Origin: an uncultured Ohtaekwangia sp.
GTDB lineage: Bacteria; Bacteroidota; Bacteroidia; Cytophagales; Cyclobacteriaceae
DNA: 64,000 bases
Reading direction: 5' to 3'
NCBI GenBank assembly: GCA_964409415.1
Contig: CAYPDF010000004.1
Coordinates: forward strand, 144,946 to 208,945
In this document: positions 61,697-64,000 of the stretch, piece by piece
Layout of the letters: each line of letters begins with the position of its first letter
Numbering within the stretch: the first letter of the stretch is position 1
Notes under the pieces: model-generated
Databases searched by the model: none
Told to the model about the DNA's origin: nothing
The model's input: the letters and a program-made list of their open reading frames with translations, nothing else
Translations under genes and position numbers: made by a program

Positions 61697-62259
61697 AACC
61701 CTTTTATTCTTGCAATTTTTAATATTCCAATTACACTTAGACTATCTGTGATCTCACCTTTCTCCACCATTTGCAATACCTCCACAAAAGGCAGTTTTTT
61801 TATAATCAAGTCTGCCTCGGTTTCTTCAAGGTTAGCCTTGCCTTCTTGTAAGCCCTCAGCTAAAAAAATGTGACCTATTTCGTCAGACACCGAATTGGAA
61901 AGATAGGTGGTGGCAATCTCTTGCCAATGGGTTGCACTTAGTCCGGTTTCTTCTTTTAATTCTCTTTGTGCAGATTCGAGTGGATCAACATCCAGAGGGC
62001 CACCACCTTCAGGTATTTCCCATGACCATTTGCCAAGGGTATAGCGATGCTGACCGACAATCCAGGTGTTGTTGTTTTCATCCAGAGGAATAATGCCAAT
62101 GGCCTTATTTTTAAAATGGACTTTTCCGTAGATTCCATGACCGCCAGCAGGGTTAATTACCTGATGTTCTTCCAGTTTGATCCACGGATTTTCGTAAATC
62201 TTTTGTTGGCTAATGGCTTGCCACTTATTCCCTTTGGATTTGCTCATATCGAAATTCAT
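61693..62259 (-). CDS. NUDIX hydrolase (ADP-ribose pyrophosphatase-like)
   Basis: Nudix box EIPEGGG..SAQRELKEETG; TAGTTTTG box at 62267-62274 on the minus strand. Confidence 0.9.
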   Translation of the reverse strand: MNFDMSKSKGNKWQAISQQKIYENPWIKLEEHQVINPAGGHGIYGKVHFKNKAIGIIPLDENNNTWIVGQHRYTLGKWSWEIPEGGGPLDVDPLESAQRELKEETGLSATHWQEIATTYLSNSVSDEIGHIFLAEGLQEGKANLEETEADLIIKKLPFVEVLQMVEKGEITDSLSVIGILKIARIKGF

Positions 62260-62304
62260 AAGAGCACAAAACTATTCTTTTTATGAGAATAAGTATCTTG
62301 CAAT

Positions 62305-62904
62305 GTGCTTAAGTCTTCTTATACAATTGATTTAGTTGAGGCCGGATGCGATGAGGTAGGTCGTGGTTGCCTTGCCGGGCCTGTTGTGGCAGCAGCTGTA
62401 ATTCTGCCAAAAAATTATTCTCATGAAGTTCTTAATGACTCGAAACAATTGAATAAGGAGGAACGATTGCAGTTGACACAAGAAATTCATCGCGATGCAA
62501 TAAGCTGGGCTGTAGCTGAGGTGAGTAATGAAGAAATCGATAGGAGTAACATTTTAAAGGCTTCCTTTAAAGCCATGCACCTGGCATTGGATAAATTAAC
62601 AACAAAACCAGATTTGTTGCTTATTGATGGCAATCGATTTTTACCCTATGGAGCAATTAAATATGAATGTATCATTAAGGGAGATGCAACTTATTTAAGC
62701 ATTGCAGCCGCATCGGTATTGGCTAAAACTTATCGTGATGAATTGATGGCGAAACTTTCTGAAGAATATCCGGGTTATGCATGGGAGAGTAATGTGGGAT
62801 ATCCTACACAGGAACATCGGGATGGCATCAGAAGTTTGGGAATCACACCCTATCATAGAAGATCGTTTCAATTGCTTCCCTCTCAGCTTGAACTATTTAC
62901 TTAA
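62305..62904 (+). CDS. rnhB: Ribonuclease HII
   Basis: AGCDEVGRGCLAGPVVAAAV, DSK, LIDGN, KGD..SIAAASVLAK, HRRSF. Confidence 0.96.
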   Translation: MLKSSYTIDLVEAGCDEVGRGCLAGPVVAAAVILPKNYSHEVLNDSKQLNKEERLQLTQEIHRDAISWAVAEVSNEEIDRSNILKASFKAMHLALDKLTTKPDLLLIDGNRFLPYGAIKYECIIKGDATYLSIAAASVLAKTYRDELMAKLSEEYPGYAWESNVGYPTQEHRDGIRSLGITPYHRRSFQLLPSQLELFT

Positions 62905-62905
62905 A

Positions 62906-62960
62906 TTAGTCCTTAGGACTTAGTCTATAGTCTTGAGTAAATCAAAAGACTATAGATTAA
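62906..62960. repeat. Heptamer-based repeat forming a hairpin
   Basis: TTAGTCC-TTAGGAC-TTAGTCT-ATAGTCT ... AAGACT-ATAGATT; stem TTAGTCTATAGTCTT/AAGACTATAGATTAA. Confidence 0.6.
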
Positions 62961-62972
62961 ACAATATCAACT

Positions 62973-63734
62973 ATGTGCTTAATTTTTATCTCCATCAATG
63001 ATCATCCGAAATACAAGCTGATTGTGGCAGCCAATCGAGATGAATTTTATGCACGTAATACTGCTGCGGTATCGGTATGGCTGGATCATCCTGATGTAAT
63101 TGGAGGAAGAGACTTAGAGGCGCAGGGAACCTGGATGGCGATGACCAAGGGCGGAAAAATTGGTATGGTCACCAATTATCGCGATCTAAAAAACCTTAAA
63201 CTAAATGCACCCACACGGGGTCTGTTAGTTACCGATTTTCTCTTCAATGGATACAAAGCAGAGCCCTACTTAAAAGATGTTGATTTAAAAGCTTCTCAGT
63301 ACAATGGATTTAGCCTTTTGGTTGGTTCCATTGATGAATTATATTATTATTCAAATTACCAATCCAGGATTATTAAATTAACACAAGGCTTTTATGGATT
63401 AAGCAACCACTTGCTGGATACTCCATGGCCAAAGGTAAAGCGGGGTAAAGAGAAAATGGCATCGGTACTCACTTCACACGACTTTGGCTCCTCAGCGCTT
63501 TTTGAAGTATTGCGAGATGAGAAAATTGCACCCGATAATCAACTTCCAAATACCGGACTGGATATTGAAAGAGAAAGAGCCGTTTCTGCCATGTTTATAA
63601 AATCACCCAACTACGGATCACGATGCTCTACCGTGGTGTTGGTGGACAAGGAGAATAATGTGTCTTATTCTGAACGGGTGTACAATCCTGAAACATTTGA
63701 TCATACAGAAAAGGAATTCAAATGGAAGGTTTGA
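62973..63734 (+). CDS. NRDE / TANGO2 family protein
   Basis: N-terminal MCLIF, AANRDEFYAR, GGRDL..GTW, LSNHLLDTPWPK, YGSRCST. Confidence 0.92.
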   Translation: MCLIFISINDHPKYKLIVAANRDEFYARNTAAVSVWLDHPDVIGGRDLEAQGTWMAMTKGGKIGMVTNYRDLKNLKLNAPTRGLLVTDFLFNGYKAEPYLKDVDLKASQYNGFSLLVGSIDELYYYSNYQSRIIKLTQGFYGLSNHLLDTPWPKVKRGKEKMASVLTSHDFGSSALFEVLRDEKIAPDNQLPNTGLDIERERAVSAMFIKSPNYGSRCSTVVLVDKENNVSYSERVYNPETFDHTEKEFKWKV

Positions 63735-63736
63735 AA

Positions 63737-64000
63737 TTACTCTATTACAAAGCGTGAAAAACTTCCGTTAGCACTTTTAATGGAATAGACCCCTGAGGGA
63801 AGTCCTCTGGTATCTAATTCATTACTATTCTCAATCATTAATACCCTTTGGCCCATACTATTGAAAACCGCAAATGATCCTTTATAGTTAATGGTGGCAA
63901 CTGTAGAACGAGCTATAGGATTTGGAACAACAGCTATTTGGGTGGGAGTAGTTAAATCAATTTTAACAACGTTGGAAAAGGTGATGGCACCATCAAAATC
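63737..64000 (-). CDS. C-terminal end of a T9SS type A sorting-domain protein, truncated by the window edge
   Basis: Minus strand reads DFDGAITFSNVV..VVPNPI..FNSMGQRV..LPSGVYSIK..RFVIE*. Confidence 0.8.
   Translation of the reverse strand, partial: DFDGAITFSNVVKIDLTTPTQIAVVPNPIARSTVATINYKGSFAVFNSMGQRVLMIENSNELDTRGLPSGVYSIKSANGSFSRFVIE

Overview
A gene-dense, AT-rich chromosomal segment from a Bacteroidota bacterium. The assignment rests on TAnnTTTG promoter boxes, T9SS C-terminal domains, a TonB-dependent receptor/DUF4249 pair and the pheT-zapA-rny order; Cytophagales is an inference from gene style. It holds about 50 CDSs: housekeeping genes (pheT, zapA, rny, rpsT, radC, rsmG, gatC, gcvT, rnhB), tmRNA, tRNA-Arg(CCG) and many exported hydrolases/peptidases. 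A variable patch at ~37-44 kb carries an AbiEi/AbiEii toxin-antitoxin pair and cassette-like genes. No CRISPR array, integrase, transposase or prophage was seen. The strongest unexplained signal is a ~190-220 nt non-coding multi-hairpin element present twice (8535-8721 + and 20883-21105 -). The copies show compensatory base-pair changes, and each lies in sense orientation just upstream of a gene. Other notable items: a 48-aa histone-H1-like gene missed by the ORF track, an AbiEii toxin that appears to start at CTG, an internally deleted methyltransferase relic, a frameshifted GxxExxY gene with flanking imperfect inverted repeats, and attC-like cassette borders without an integrase. All family assignments come from motif recognition by eye; no database searches were run.
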